Shown piece by piece: positions 13,301 through 26,006 of a DNA stretch of 64,000 nucleotides. The DNA comes from Macrostomum lignano. Lineage: Eukaryota. Numbering within the stretch: the first letter of the stretch is position 1; every line of letters begins with the position of its first letter. The stretch spans positions 1 through 64,000 of the forward strand of contig NIVC01003415.1 in NCBI GenBank assembly GCA_002269645.1, in the 5' to 3' direction. The notes below the pieces were generated by a model. That model did no database searches, was not told the origin of the DNA, and was given only the letters and a program-made list of their open reading frames with translations. The position numbers and the translations under genes were made by a program.

Positions 13301-14645
13301 TAGCAATCCATTCCATTTCTCCATCCGTGATTGGCTAGACTAGCAATCCATTCCATTTCTCCATCCGTGATTGGCTAGACTAGCAGTCCATCCCATTTCT
13401 CCATCCGTGATTGGCTAGACTAGCAGTCCATCCCATTTCTCCATCCGTGATTGGCTAGACTAGCAATCCACCCCACCCGCCGCAGTGTCAAATCTTCCCC
13501 AAGTCAGCGGCCCGACAATCATAGCCGTCGCCTCTATCTGCACCGGCCTGATCTTGCTGCTCATCTGCGTGCTGGCGTTCTTCTGCTGTCGACGGCGAGG
13601 CGGCGGCAGCGGCAGCAGATGCGGATGCGAGTACGTCGACGACAACGGGAACGAAGACGGTCGGCACAGGCGGAGAAAGGAATCCCGGCGAAGCAAAGGC
13701 AAGCAGCTGCCGTCGCCCCTGTCGCCGATTTCGCCGATGCCATCGCCTGGACGCGACGATCTGTGAGCGAAGTCGTTTGCGCACTACTAACTTGGGATCG
13801 GTTTTGGGACGCGTGGGACTCTCAGTTTTGAGCATAGGGAATAAGTGCACTGAGCATAGAGAAGATGCAGGAAAGAAGTCAGATGTAAAATAAATGGATT
13901 GAGAGATTGCGACACTAAGTGTCAGTTGAAAACGATATAAAGAAGAAAAATATTGGGTTGTCGACTGGGTATTGAGAGTCTGAGACTGTGGATTGAGCAT
14001 TGGGACTGTGGATTGGGTATTGAAACTGTGGATTGAATATCGAAAATGTGTTTTGGGTATTGGGACTACATGTTGGGTATTGGGACTACAAGTTGGGTAT
14101 CGGGACACTGGACTTAGAATTAAAATTATAATCTGGGTGTAATGGTTATAAACTGGGTATCGAGGGTATCAGGGGTTATAAACTGGGTAACGGGAGTTAT
14201 AAACTGGGTATCGGGGGTCATAGACTGGGTGTCGGGGGTTATAAAATGGGTATCGGGGTCACAGACTGGGTGTCGGGGGTCATAGACTGGGTGTCAGGGA
14301 TTATAAATTGTGCTATAGGCTGGGTAGTTGACATTGTGGACTGAGGCTGTAACGGGTATTTGATTTGGAATCGGACACATCCCTGCCGTGAACCTGACCG
14401 CATGCAGGTGCCAGCACGAGATGCATCCAGAGGCCGGGCTGACCCCGACCTATCAATACTACGGCACAAGTCTCAAGCCATTCGCGATGGTTTCGCCTCA
14501 TCCCAGTCTGTCAGGCACAGACGAGACCTCGGTGCATGCTGACCCCAAAGTGTTCGCAACCCTACTCAGCGCTAACAGTGAGGATTCGTTCGAATTCTGC
14601 TTGTTACTTATTATTTTTAGCACTCATCTGTGGGGCTGGCTATAA
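1392..14645 (+). CDS. Nephrin/SYG-2/sticks-and-stones-like cell-adhesion receptor (at least 7 Ig domains + FN3 + TM + cytoplasmic tail), multi-exon, probably 5'-partial
   Basis: Exons with matching phases: 1392-1745, 2894-3241, 3835-3969, 4350-5352, 6314-6450, 6673-7126, 7956-~8070 (donor unresolved), 13486-13762 (TM: IIAVASICTGLILLLICVLAFFCC), 14408-14577 or to stop 14645. Ig motifs: DGAYECEG, LSCTSLGGNPPPRLIW, DAGTYECRAAN, DTGRYRCRASN, DAGLYRCSAEN. FN3 motifs: WRPGFDGG and LRPDTEYACSVRAANRLG. The family assignment comes from architecture, not a search. Confidence 0.85.
1746..1925. repeat. 34-bp minisatellite (GTGGAGTAGGGTGAGAGGTAGACCATAGTGTGCA), about 5 copies, starting at a splice donor
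   Basis: The first copy begins with the GTGAGT donor at 1746. Confidence 0.92.
3343..3834. repeat. 15-bp minisatellite (ACTAATTCCCTACAA), about 32 copies, ending at a splice acceptor
   Basis: Variants are ACTAAT/ACTAGT/ACTGAT. The last copy reads ACTAATTCCCCCAG, followed by the exon at 3835. Confidence 0.96.
5353..6251. repeat. G-rich (GGGGATT[C/G])n degenerate 7-8-mer array filling an intron
   Basis: Starts at the GTGAGG donor (5353) and fills about 900 of the 961-nt intron. Confidence 0.95.
7560..7870. repeat. 77-79-bp tandem repeat, 4 copies (plus a diverged copy near 7250-7330)
   Basis: GGCTAGCCAATCGCA recurs at 7564, 7641, 7719 and 7798. Confidence 0.9.
8052..12402. repeat. 35-bp satellite (CAGCATATCCAGCTGAAGGGTCTGACATGAAGGGA), about 124 copies, 4.35 kb
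   Basis: Homogeneous core, with GGATCCGAC variants concentrated at both ends. Directly fused to FN3-coding sequence. Confidence 0.98.
13245..13470. repeat. 40-bp minisatellite (GTGATTGGCTAGACTAGCAATCCATTCCATTTCTCCATCC), about 5.5 copies
   Basis: The last partial copy runs into CCCCACCCGCCGCAG, the acceptor of the TM exon (13485). Confidence 0.92.
13980..14310. repeat. Degenerate ~20-22-bp tandem repeats (CTGGGTAT/GTCGGGG.. family)
   Basis: Repeated CTGGGT(A/G)TCGGGGG and TGGGTATTGGGACT motifs in the intron before the cytoplasmic exon. Confidence 0.75.
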
Positions 14646-14835
14646 TATGGTAAATTCCCTCATCTTCATACCTTTATTAGTAGAAGTATTGGCGTTATTA
14701 GCTAAATTATGATTTTCTTGGATAATGCAATCACCAGCCACTTATGGAGATAAAAAAATGATCCAATTCGGGTGACGAGACGAGTTTTTAAGTAGGCCTC
14801 CCATCATGCGAATAATATGCACTATATAGCTATAG

Positions 14836-15000
14836 CTAGGGATTCCAATCCCGGGATCCCGGGATTTCCTAGAGTTTGCAAGCGGAATCCCGGGATTACT
14901 CTAGTCCGGGATTTTCCAGGATTCATAATCCCGGGATTTAAGAGTAACAAGATTTCGAGACTTTTAATCCCGGGGCCGGGATTGTCAATTGTCGGAATTT
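14836..15000. repeat. Cluster of palindromic ATCCCGGGAT motifs, possibly a DNA-transposon subterminal region
   Basis: About 6 copies of (AT)CCCGGGAT(T) within 170 bp. No partner end was found. Confidence 0.45.
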
Positions 15001-17179
15001 TGGAATCCTTAGCTATACCAGAGAGTGCTACATCGGTCATGGTTCAAGTACAACACATTCCACTTAACCTGTCTTGTTTAGTCTAAAAACGTATATGGAA
15101 TATAAGTACACATAGGTTAATCCAATTAAGCTGTACACAATTGCAACTGCAACTGCACAATCGACCAAAAATATTTCAGACCCAAATCTCATTTCAATCT
15201 CATTTCAGACCCAAAGGATGGATCGTGTTCAGATCACAGCAGTAGTACATTTTTGCATCCTTCAAGGCATCGCAAAGTTATTTACGAAGTTGTGGTGTAA
15301 AAAAACAATTGCGGATCTTCTCCAGAAGCTATTGCCTACTGCAGCTTTATTTCATGTATGTGGCTTGAATAGGTAACAAAAACAGAAGCCCTCAACCTAA
15401 TGTATATATGGATCATGGATGTACTTTTAAGAGCATTTAAAAGCTAATGCCTAGTACATAATATTTTACATTTTATTTGATGTTATAAACATTCGGAGGG
15501 AAATGAAATAGTAAAAGTGCTGGGCCGAAAAGCGAGAGTGCAAAATTGGCATCAACAACCACAAACTATGTTTAATAATTTAGAAATTTGAAAGTCCTTC
15601 CATATCACTCTTATTTTGATTTTTGACATCTGGCACCGCTGAGCTGTATTTATTTGTATTCAGTATGCTTAGCGAGATAGTAGTGATAATTACAATCAAA
15701 TCAATCGCTCATTGGTCTTTCAGTACAACAGTGGCAGAATCGCGCTTAAAGTACTCGCACTACTAAATACTACTCTAATTAAAAAGTTATTAATGTAAAG
15801 ATCAATGATCTGTTCTTGCATGTTGATTTTAGTGTAACATTGTACTGCTTTTTGAGTTTAATGTCAAGCTTTAAAAATGTAAATTGCTGAAACCAATGAT
15901 TTCTAATGAGACAACATTGCAACCCCAGTTTATCGTATGTGTCCATGTATATTGACATTGATCAGTCCCTCTTCCTCGTATGGCTCTTGCTTTGTAATCT
16001 CAAGAAATGGCAAAGTAAATAGTACTTAATTTTAATGCCTCTTTGGGTTTCAGTTGAACCAATATTTGAAGCTCACTAGAGTCATGTCCAAACTCCTAGT
16101 TACTCCTAGTTACCTTACCTAGTTACTTGCTTTTCATATAATACGCTTGCACTTGCATATTTCTTTTGAATGTACTTGCCATCGTTGTCTTGTGCCGTCT
16201 GTTCGACAATAGAAACAATATATTTTGCTATAGCTACCTTATTTCTTCTTGACTTGTATAGTCAAATATCGATCTTCTTTTCATCTGTGCCCCGCGAACC
16301 ACAGTTGTTTTTTGTAATTAACTTACTACGCTTCTGCACCAAGCTTTGCAGCAAATTAAAACAAAAGTAACTGCAACTGAAACACTGAAAAAATTCAGTG
16401 CATTCATTCATGCCCATGGTTTGTTTCAGAACTAAACTTTTGAATAGAATCGTTTTTAATCACTTTAGTTTCAATTTTTTTAATTTACAGAGTCAGAGTT
16501 CTGCATGCATTCAATCGCAATTTAAGATTAATTTTAACACACTACGAGAGCAGAAGTTGCTTATTACTATACTCGATTAGCACTAAGGCCTAAGGGAGGT
16601 TTGCTGATGCCTGATACTTAATTCGATAGCCTTCGATCAACCAGCCATAGAGGACTGACCGAAATTTTATGACAAGTTCACTTCAACCCCCGTCTAATTT
16701 GGCTCCAAACAAGTGTCAAGCTGCATTGGTGGTTTAGCTTTGAACCATTTTATCGATCCATAGACGAAGTTGCAAAAGGCTAGAGTAGAATGGGAGCTTG
16801 CGATTGGCTGGAATGGTTCAGCCAGGCTTCAAGAGTTTCGGAATAGTGGCCTTCATTTGTGGCTCCACCGAGTCTTTCACAAGCTAGCGAAACATTAACG
16901 ATGCAACGGACATGTCTAGGTGCCTGACCTGGGGCTTTTCATGGCCTTAATCTACAACTGCAACAAATTCACTGTAAAAGCTTTGTCTATACGTATACGC
17001 TCCAAGGACCACTAGAAGAAGGACGGGATACTTCGTTTCTTGGAAAATTTATTAAAGGCTGATTTTCACGGAAAATGCACTAGCGAGATAGGAGCTTTTC
17101 ACATTTTTCACTTTAAAATGGTGATAACTTTTTATTGGAAGCAGATACAAAGCTCTTCTTTTGATATAACTTACAAAAC

Positions 17180-17363
17180 CAGTGGCGTAGCCAGGGTCGA
17201 TTTCCTTCTGGGGGGGGGGTCACAGTCAGTCAGAGGCTCACAGCGGCAACCGGGGCAGGGGGTGCTAGGCCTCTGCGACGGGGGAGGGGGCCTGAAAATT
17301 TGGCCTGGATCAGCCGGCTGGGGGGGGTCAAGACCCCCATGACCCCCCTTGGCTACGCCCCTG
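17180..17363. mobile_element. hAT-type MITE, 184 bp
   Basis: Terminal inverted repeats CAGTGGCGTAGCCAGGG ... CCTTGGCTACGCCCCTG, with a perfect 8-bp TSD TACAAAAC at 17172-17179 and 17364-17371. Confidence 0.9.
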
Positions 17364-19041
17364 TACAAAACATGTTGCTTCGACGGATTTTATAAACAAT
17401 AATACGAGTAATAAAGAATATAAAGAATTTTCCTAACTCGCTAGTGCATTTTTCCGTGAAAATCAGCCTTTAATAAATTTTCCAAGAAACGAAGTGTCCC
17501 GTCCTTCTAGTGGTCCTTGATACGCTCGTACAAATACTAACAGATTTTATTTGTTTATTAACCAAAAGGGGGTTCACAAACTCTAAATTTCTTCCTTCCT
17601 TCAGCACCTTCCCACAAAGTCGAAGCTTCACAACGTCGAAAACTCGAATAGCAGCCACTTTCACAAAGCTCAAAATTTCACAACGTGGAAAGCTATACAT
17701 AACAAGGGACGTGGACGTCATATACCGAACATTCGTACCTGATTATGATAAGAGTACCGTTTCAAAAAGTGTATCTAAAGCATACATGTCCAATAAATTA
17801 CCAAGTTGAACTGCAACTCAAAGCTTTCGATACATAAGCACGTTACGGCCTCCGTTCCATGCTGAAAATGGAAGCAAAAAAGTCTTGCCATACAGTTCTC
17901 AACCTTGTGAAGTTACAACCATATGGAATAATTTGCTTTTCGACTTTGTGAAATTCCGAGCTTGCGAAAGAAACCCCAGCCAAAATATGCATATTGGTCA
18001 TGACCAATTTTATCCGGATGCACAAGAATAGAAGTTGAAGTCACTTAATTGTTACAATAAGCGCTTGGCAAAAAGTAAATGTAGAGCCAACGACAAGCAA
18101 CAATCTTCAATTTTGTGAAAAAAAAACAGAAACAAATAATAAAGAAGCCTTAATTTATTTTTCGATTTTGGTAATAGCACAAAACAATAGAGCAGCTCAA
18201 AATACTACAGCAGCACAATTTCAATAAACTTAGCAACAGTAATTTTTTAACGAGGGTAGCAATTTGCTAGCAAAGACGCTTTCTCCTAAAAAATAAACGA
18301 ACAAAATAAAAGAGGAACAGAAAAAAAACAAAAACGATGCAAAAAACATTCTGGCCAACTGTGTATTACCATACACACTTTCTCAATCGCTTTCGCTGTA
18401 TAGTAAAAGCTATACCATTTTGGTTCAAAAGTTCTTAAAATGCTACTGACATAAGTAGAAAGTATTGTACAATGTGGAATTCATTAACAATAAATTATGC
18501 ATAAACTTGCAATCAGTAGCTTTTTGGCCATCGGTTGTTACTTTTCATACTAATAAATTTAAATTTTTACTTTGTACATTGTTTTTAAATTCCTAGCATT
18601 ACCCTGATTGCAAGCAGACACACAAAAATGCTGAGAAATAAACAAAAACTTAACATAACAAAAACTGCAGAACGGTAGCTCGTAACAGCAATACTCTTGA
18701 AAGCGTAAACTTTTACGACTTCAGTGATAAGTAATTAGAAGTTAGCAATAAAAAGAACTGTGGCTTTTTTGTTAGCCGTTTTTTAGAAAAGAAATTGAAA
18801 AAAGCAAATTGCAAGAGCAACAATATCAATATGATACTTAAGATAATAGAATAGCTAGATTAGATTAATAACATGGCTTACTTAATCCGCAGAATCAGAT
18901 GAAGAATGAATTAATCAGAATGTATAGTATTTAATCATTCAAATTTCAAATCAATCAAAAGTTATTTCCGTAACTTTTAATTAACATATAAACCAGTGAG
19001 ATAATTCGTTATTTATCATTGATGAACTGAATTTATAGAAA

Positions 19042-21716
19042 TTACTTGCTCGGCATGGCAGCACTTGTATCTGGCGGTGTCAAATCGGTCGGCTCGGCAG
19101 TTCCCGACGCTGGATGATTCCAGAAATTCGACTCCGGCGAAGAGCCGAAGATGTCACTCGACGAAGCGTCCCTGGACCGCTCGGCGCTCGACGGGGTGGC
19201 CTGCCACGACTGCCACTGCCAGGCTAGGTTCTCATTTGATGGTAACCAGGGCATGAATTCACGCACCAATAAAGTTCTAGGCTCGTTGCTTGAACCGGTG
19301 TTGACTTGTGGCTCTGGCGATGAGGCTACGAGAGAGGCGGTTGTTGGCTCAAGCGTTAGGGCGGCTAAGGTCACAGGCTCGAGTGCGCTGGCACCGGAGG
19401 CAAATCTCGGCTCGGTCGTCGGCGTTAGCACAGAAGAAGCAAAATGTTCAGCATTTGGAGCCGCGGCAGCTCTTAGCTCGTGAATTGGAGCGGCGGTAGC
19501 CAACGGTTCGAAATGTTGAGTGGCGGTAGCTCTTGGCTCGAGCATTGGAGCAGCAGCAGCAATAGGTTCGAACATTCCGGCGGCAGAAGCCATGGGCATG
19601 GGCACAGATTCGAAAATATGAGCAGCTGCAGCTCTGGGCTCAAGCATCATGGTGAATTCGGATGCAGGCCGCTGTTGACGCCTTGGATAGCCTGCAGCAG
19701 ATGAAGCTACAGCAGTCATTGGCTCAAAGGAAGCCACTGGCATTGGTTGATGACGCTGACGTTGGTCGGAAAGCCGATGTGTGTTTGGGCCTGCATAGAA
19801 AAATTGCGATACCGATAGCATGATCTCAGTTGCATAAAAAATACTCATTTATGATTTGATTTTTTAATCGGAGGCTGGTAAAATGAACACGATACCACTA
19901 GCACCTGTCACCTACAACCCATATGGAAACCCGTGGCAACCACTCCGGCCCTATTCGTCACCCCTTACATGGTGAAATGAACACTATACCACTAACACTA
20001 TAACACTATATTATGAACACTATACACTTTGCTGTGTACTAACAATGAATTGTCGGTATCTAATTAAGTTAAGCAATTGATTTAAGGAAAAACGGCTAAG
20101 CCGATTTTTCATGAAACTTGCACTGTTGTGTTAGATCAGAAATAAGGATCCTGCGAATGAAAAGATCCTCGGTTTCCCCTCCCGATTGGCCGAGGTATAC
20201 AGATACAGATCTAGATCGATTAAGTCTATTTGCTATACGAGTAGTATGTTGAACGCATGAAGATGACTTAAATCGAAGAAAATCTTCGCTCAGTTTTTAT
20301 AGTTATAGTTATATAACTAGTTATATAGTTATATAATAGTTATATATAGTTATAGTTATAGTTTTGCTGTAATATTTTTAAATCACTAAAAAACTTACCT
20401 GTAGAAACTGTAGCAGAAGCACGAGAGCCGGATGCACTGTTATAGCGGCCAATTCTGGGAGGCCGGACTTCTGGTGCAGAAAAATTGCTGAAGGGTACTG
20501 GCGTTGCTGAGGGGATTGTCAAAACCTGATTGCTGCGATATTCCATCTGAATGAAGTTCTTAGGTGATTGCAGACACGCTGGATAATCCATTTTCGGGTA
20601 GGTTATCTCCCATAGCTTTCGCATCTTGCACCAAGTGGTTAAAAAGAATGACAGACTCGACTGAGACAGAAGCCACTTCACCTCAAGCATTGAAGCAACG
20701 GTTCCTTCATTGCTCTCCAAAGCCATCTTCTGGCCAACGAAAAATCGCTTGGCTGAAGCGCCGAAAAACATGGTAGTTGAGTCACCGAAAGAATTCCCAA
20801 AGTTACTACCAATCTTGACCGAGTAAAAAGTTTCTAAGGTGCCAACCGTTTCGGCATCGAGCTTGCAAGCAACCGCATTTGAAGCGATCAAAATGTTAAT
20901 TGGCAGTGCATTTATAAGCATAGTCTTGACTTCCAGAATATGACCTGGATCATGCGCAGAAATGGTAACCAGAGACTTTCCGTCATATTTGACAACTGTT
21001 TCGATTGACTGCAGGTACATGTCCAGAGCGCAGCTTGAAGAAAGCTGTCCCTCTTTGTTGAGTTTTTGACTCTTTAGAATGTTGTCTGATAACTTAGCAA
21101 TTACATCGTTCCACTTCGTGCTGGGAATCCGAGTCGTCGAAGTCAGCTTTAGCACGGGAAGCTTGAGTCGATCAGATAGGCATTCTGTGATCTGGTTTGT
21201 CACAGAAATGACCAACTTTGAGTTGCTCACCGTTCCTCGAACCACAACATTTCGATGGTGCTCTTCTGGTAGTCCTGGATACGGACTCGATAGGTAGATA
21301 CTGATCGCGTTCTTTTTGGCAGAGTCAATGGTTTTCTGAATCTCGTTCTGAACTGTAGAAAAAAGTGCAGGAGGGCACTGAAAAGGAATCGTGAAGATAA
21401 GTAGCTGATTCATACGAATACATTGCAGTGAGGACGAGAAGACTTCAAGAAGTCGATCTTCCATCTCTGGTACACACGGTTCCTTCTTCAGTTCGAGCTC
21501 AGTTGGTGTTACAAGCACCTCATCCTCTCCTTGAAAGGGCGATGATACAAAAGACTCAGTTGGATTCGAGTGAGAACTTCTTTCAGGAAAGTGAATTAGC
21601 GTTTTTGAAAAGGCCTGCAGATTCTTATGGCTAGCACCCTTCCTTCCGATTAGGTGGCTGTGGTCGTCGAACGATACGCTCAAACGCAGAATAGGGCCTT
21701 TTAACAAATGATACAT
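19042..21716 (-). CDS. Divergent Bicaudal-C/GLD-3-like KH-domain RNA-binding protein (about 688 aa), 2 exons
   Basis: Exon 1 is 21716-20399 (donor AG|GTAAGT) and exon 2 is 19790-19042 (acceptor TATGCAG); both junctions are phase 1. LSVSFDDHSHLIGRKG...IHFPE, VVVRGTVSN and LINALPINILI resemble the BicC KH/KH-like repeats as I recall them. Exon 2 is Ala/Pro-rich with FEP/LEP repeats. Confidence 0.72.
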
Positions 21717-24514
21717 TGTTAAAAAGAAAGCTTAGGCCGATTAAGAGAACAGCCAAGAGAGCGAGTGCTAAACAAATAAAGAAGCTCTAGCTAGTCTAGA
21801 CAAGTTCATTTAACGGTTTATCGACCGACCCCCTCTCTCAATCCTCTCTCCAATTCAACATCTTAGCCATAGCTCTCCCTGATTGGCTGAGAGAAGTTTA
21901 ACCAACCAGCGAGCGTCTGGGGCCATGGAGGGGTCGCCTTCGTCTAAGCATTCCTAAACTTCACATTCTTTAAAATTTGGTGCTTTTTCATTCTTTAATT
22001 TTCAACTACTACTCGTAAATACAATCTGTGACTGTTAATGCACACGAGTGTGCACCACCTTTACAAATACCATAAAATTAAATGAAAAATTATATTACAA
22101 AAGCTAAAGTTAGGACAGAGTGACGTGTAATTCGGGTTTGTAAAAACAGCGCAATTAAGGATTATGAATGATAATCTTTGATCATAAAGTGGGGTTGTAT
22201 TTTTGGAATTGAAAGACGCTGCAATCATTGGCGTTTAAGCATTAAAAGAAAGTGATGAGAAGCATTACAGAGATTGGAATTCGGATGTATAAAATAATTC
22301 CTTCGGGGTTGCGAAAGTTACCATGTCCAAGTATTGCACCAGAGGTAGGAACATTAAGTTGCCAACTAACTATACCCAATCGATAAGCCTTCAACATTTG
22401 GCCTTAAAATTCAGCGTTCGTATTCTGGGTCTATAAAATATAATTTCAGATCCCCACAAAAGCACCTCAGAATGATCTTAATAAATACCAACGAAAGCTG
22501 CCGACTGCTGCTGGCACTACTAATTTTTTGGATTTTGATACAATACTGAAGTGCATGGTTTGTGGGAGCGCCAGATCTAAAACTCGCCAAATAGGAAATA
22601 AAAAATGAAGGTTTCTTGACAGACGAATTAAAAAAGCTATTTAATCCAAATATACCAAATCTCTAATATTTGTTTGTATGTCCATAATGTCTAGTTTTAT
22701 ACTAAAAATACAGGTGCCAGAATAATTTAACTATAGTCTTCAGAGTCCATACCATGTAGTTGAAAGTAGCAAATAATTAGCTTGTAGCTCGTATTGCAAC
22801 ACTGCTCGGAGAATTGATAAGAAAAACTAAGAAACTAATTATAGGGACAGTCGATATATCGGTCATAAAATTGGTTATAAAATTGTAGCAAGGGTTTTAA
22901 CTTTTAACAGCTTTCATCCGTATCAATTAAATTATTTTTTAAATTCAACCAATTATCTGCCTGAGAAAAAGGTGATGCTGCGATTTCTGCGAGTGAAGCG
23001 CGGAAAACAACAAAGATTTTTACAGAGTAATTGCCTCGGCAGTTGCGCATTCGCAAGATAAGACGTCAAGTTGTGTTCGACTAATTACATCCCTCCCTGT
23101 TAAATGCCTACAGTCAATTAAAAATCAGTTGTAAACCAATTAACTTTAATTTCTTACCTATGCACAAGGCTATCGTTATATGCCATAAACTATAACCCCG
23201 CAGAGCTTAAATTTTAGATTGGTACTTGGTAGTGAGAGCTAAACCCGTAATTGAACTCTGTTAATAATACAGTTATACCATAAAAATAAAGAACGCTTTT
23301 ATGATATCGACTTCATGAAATTTTCTGCTTAAATCGATAAGTCGAGAAATTGGCAACTTGCATAGCTAAGCTAGTATTGCAGCAAAAAACCCGACAAAAA
23401 CAGAATTTGTATATTATTGCGAAAATTGCACGATACTCGTAGATTTCATCAGAATCCGAATTGATCAAGCATTTAAATAATAGATTAGGAATCTCAGAGC
23501 AATAAATAGGCTCTTATAAAAGGAATAAAAACTTATTTCAAACAAAGCAGTGAAAACATATATATACTCGTACTCGTAGTCGTAATAGCAAGAGTGAAAT
23601 CCGATAAAAAGCTTTTTTTTGGCATTGGTCAACAATCAGAAAAATACAAGTGATAAAGTCTGGCGTTTACTAAATTTGCGAAATTCATTTAAATTCAATA
23701 ACAGACAACGTAGTGTTGAGTATTGAGGTGGTCCAAAGGACCCACCGACTAATCTGGTTGACAGTGTTAGTATTTGGTTGACAGAAAGAGATGAGGTATG
23801 GCAATAAAAAGTATACTCATTCCAATTCACACTACAAAATATCAAAGCATGAATGGACAATAAATTGAGAAGTAGAGAACCACAAAGTTAAATAAAATCG
23901 TAGCACCTGAAAAAAGATTACAAAAAAGATAAGCAGCACGGAGTTACTGTTAGTTAATACCTATAATTTTTAAGCAAAGTTCATGCTTAAAAATATATAA
24001 AAAATCAAGATCACAATTTAAAGCGCACTAAGCACTAGCAAGCGAACACATAAGCACTGTCATCGACGAGGTGAAAGGTTTACTTTTATTTTATATTATA
24101 TGCTAAACAGCTAAATCCTAACTATAACTTATAGTAAACAGACTAAAACAAACAACTAAAGTTAAAACAAGTACCCCTAAAGCTTAGGCAGGGCACAAAA
24201 ACGCCAATCCAATACCACCAAAGTCTAAAACCGTTTTATCGATTTAACGATTTAAGCGCCAACCCAAACTATAACCCCATCCGTACCACCCCCAGTAAAT
24301 TCCTCCTGCTAAGAATTTAGTTAATATAGTTAATACTGATGAGTCATCAAAACGGATCGGATTTAAATGCAAACTGATTTGGGATTGCCCAAGTTTCCTT
24401 CACATGCAGAAAAGAGATAAGATAACGTCTTTTCCTAGTGGCTAAAATTTCGAATCACTTGATCCGAAGTCCGAATAACTTCTTACTTAGACGTCTTACT
24501 TAGAAACTTAGACC

Positions 24515-24884
24515 CTGGGTTTTTTGTGCGAATGGGTGCGAATAGCATCCTGGTCTTAAAAATCGCACCCTGAAATTTGACTCAGGGTGCGAAAAGCGCA
24601 CCAGAATTTTTTGCAAGGATGTGATGCGGATTTCACAATTTAGTGTTATGGACGTCTTGAGTCAAACAAGATATCAAGAGATCAAACAAACAATTAAGTT
24701 AAGCGTTTGGAATTTGGATCATCATTGGATGGTTTGGAGACGGACAGAAACTTTGAAACACACTATTAGTGTTAGACCAGTTTTTGTCTGTAGCAGTGCA
24801 GCACATCCTGGTCTTGAAAATCGCACCCTGAAATCTAGCACAGGGTGCGAAATCGCACCCAAGTTATGGACGAAAAAAAACCAG
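24515..24884. mobile_element. MITE, 370 bp, with 8-bp TSD and two internal palindromic subrepeats
   Basis: Ends CTGGGTTTTTT ... [23 protein letters not shown] at 24507-24514 and 24885-24892. The internal unit ATCCTGGTCTT.AAAATCGCACCCTG...CAGGGTGCGAAA occurs twice. Confidence 0.82.
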
Positions 24885-26006
24885 CTTAGACCTTACGTTA
24901 CGTATAATAAGTGTAGAACAGCCAAAACACTATATACCGATGTAAAATAATAGCTCGTACGAGTATAAAGCAGTAGATAACAAACGCTTACGAGCTACAA
25001 CTTTAGAAATTAAATTAGTTAGCCAACAAGACAAGAAATTATATAAAAAATCTTGACACAGGTTTCCTATACTTGTATAAGTAGAACTAAAAACCTACTT
25101 TAGATGTAGCAAGCCGTCAAAGTTCATTTCCTTGTTTGCGTTTCTTTTATTAATCAGTAGCTAAGTAAAGCTAATAAGCTCGGTTTGAACATTGATTGAT
25201 AAGTTGCTTACAATCTTACCCGAATGCGAATGGAATATAAGGTAGTCGATAGAATAACAGTAGGAAGTTGCGCCGATGACTGCAGAGTGCTTTAGCGTAG
25301 CAAAAATTAGTATAGAAAGGCACTGTAGCTTTTTTACAAGATAATTGAATCAACATGCGTTAAAAATCCAAGGCTTCTCTCAACTATGCACGTGACTGCA
25401 ATGAGCTACAGTTAATAAAAAATTCGACAAGTCGCCGTCAGTTAGTAATTCATTAATTAGAAGTAGAAAAATTCTGAGTTTGAATGAATAAATACCATAT
25501 TCAAAAATCCGCAACTGAGGCGCGCTTCATCAAAGAAATAAGTGAACTGGCTGCATCCAAACTGTGCTATTATGGAATGGATTGGGTCAGAAAAAAGCGA
25601 ATAAAAAATAAATAGTAAATAAACAAGCAAAGCGCCGAATCGATCCATGGCTAGCTGGGACTGATCGGTCAGTCCGTAGTCTATAAAAATCAATAGCGCA
25701 AGGCTCTACAAGTATCAGATAAAGCACAGCTAATCGTCTGAAAATATATGAACTCACATTTTTAGCAAAGACAAGATAGATAATATTTATATTTACAGAC
25801 ACAGATTTCAATAGCTTGACAAACCCAATATGAACACAAAAATGTTGCTACCAAAACATGATTTGATCCACGAAACAATCAATAGATTAAGCTGCGAGAT
25901 GATCAGTCAGATAATCAAAAGATTGATATGGGAGATTAACCGGCGAGAAGATAAAGAATTCCCATTTCCCCACCTTGTATTCATATTGATACTGATTTTG
26001 CATATT

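Noticed and set aside
15050-17900. Possible decayed DNA-transposase sequence
   Set aside because: Only a vague resemblance (VPDLGLFMAL) with stops. It cannot be supported without a profile search.
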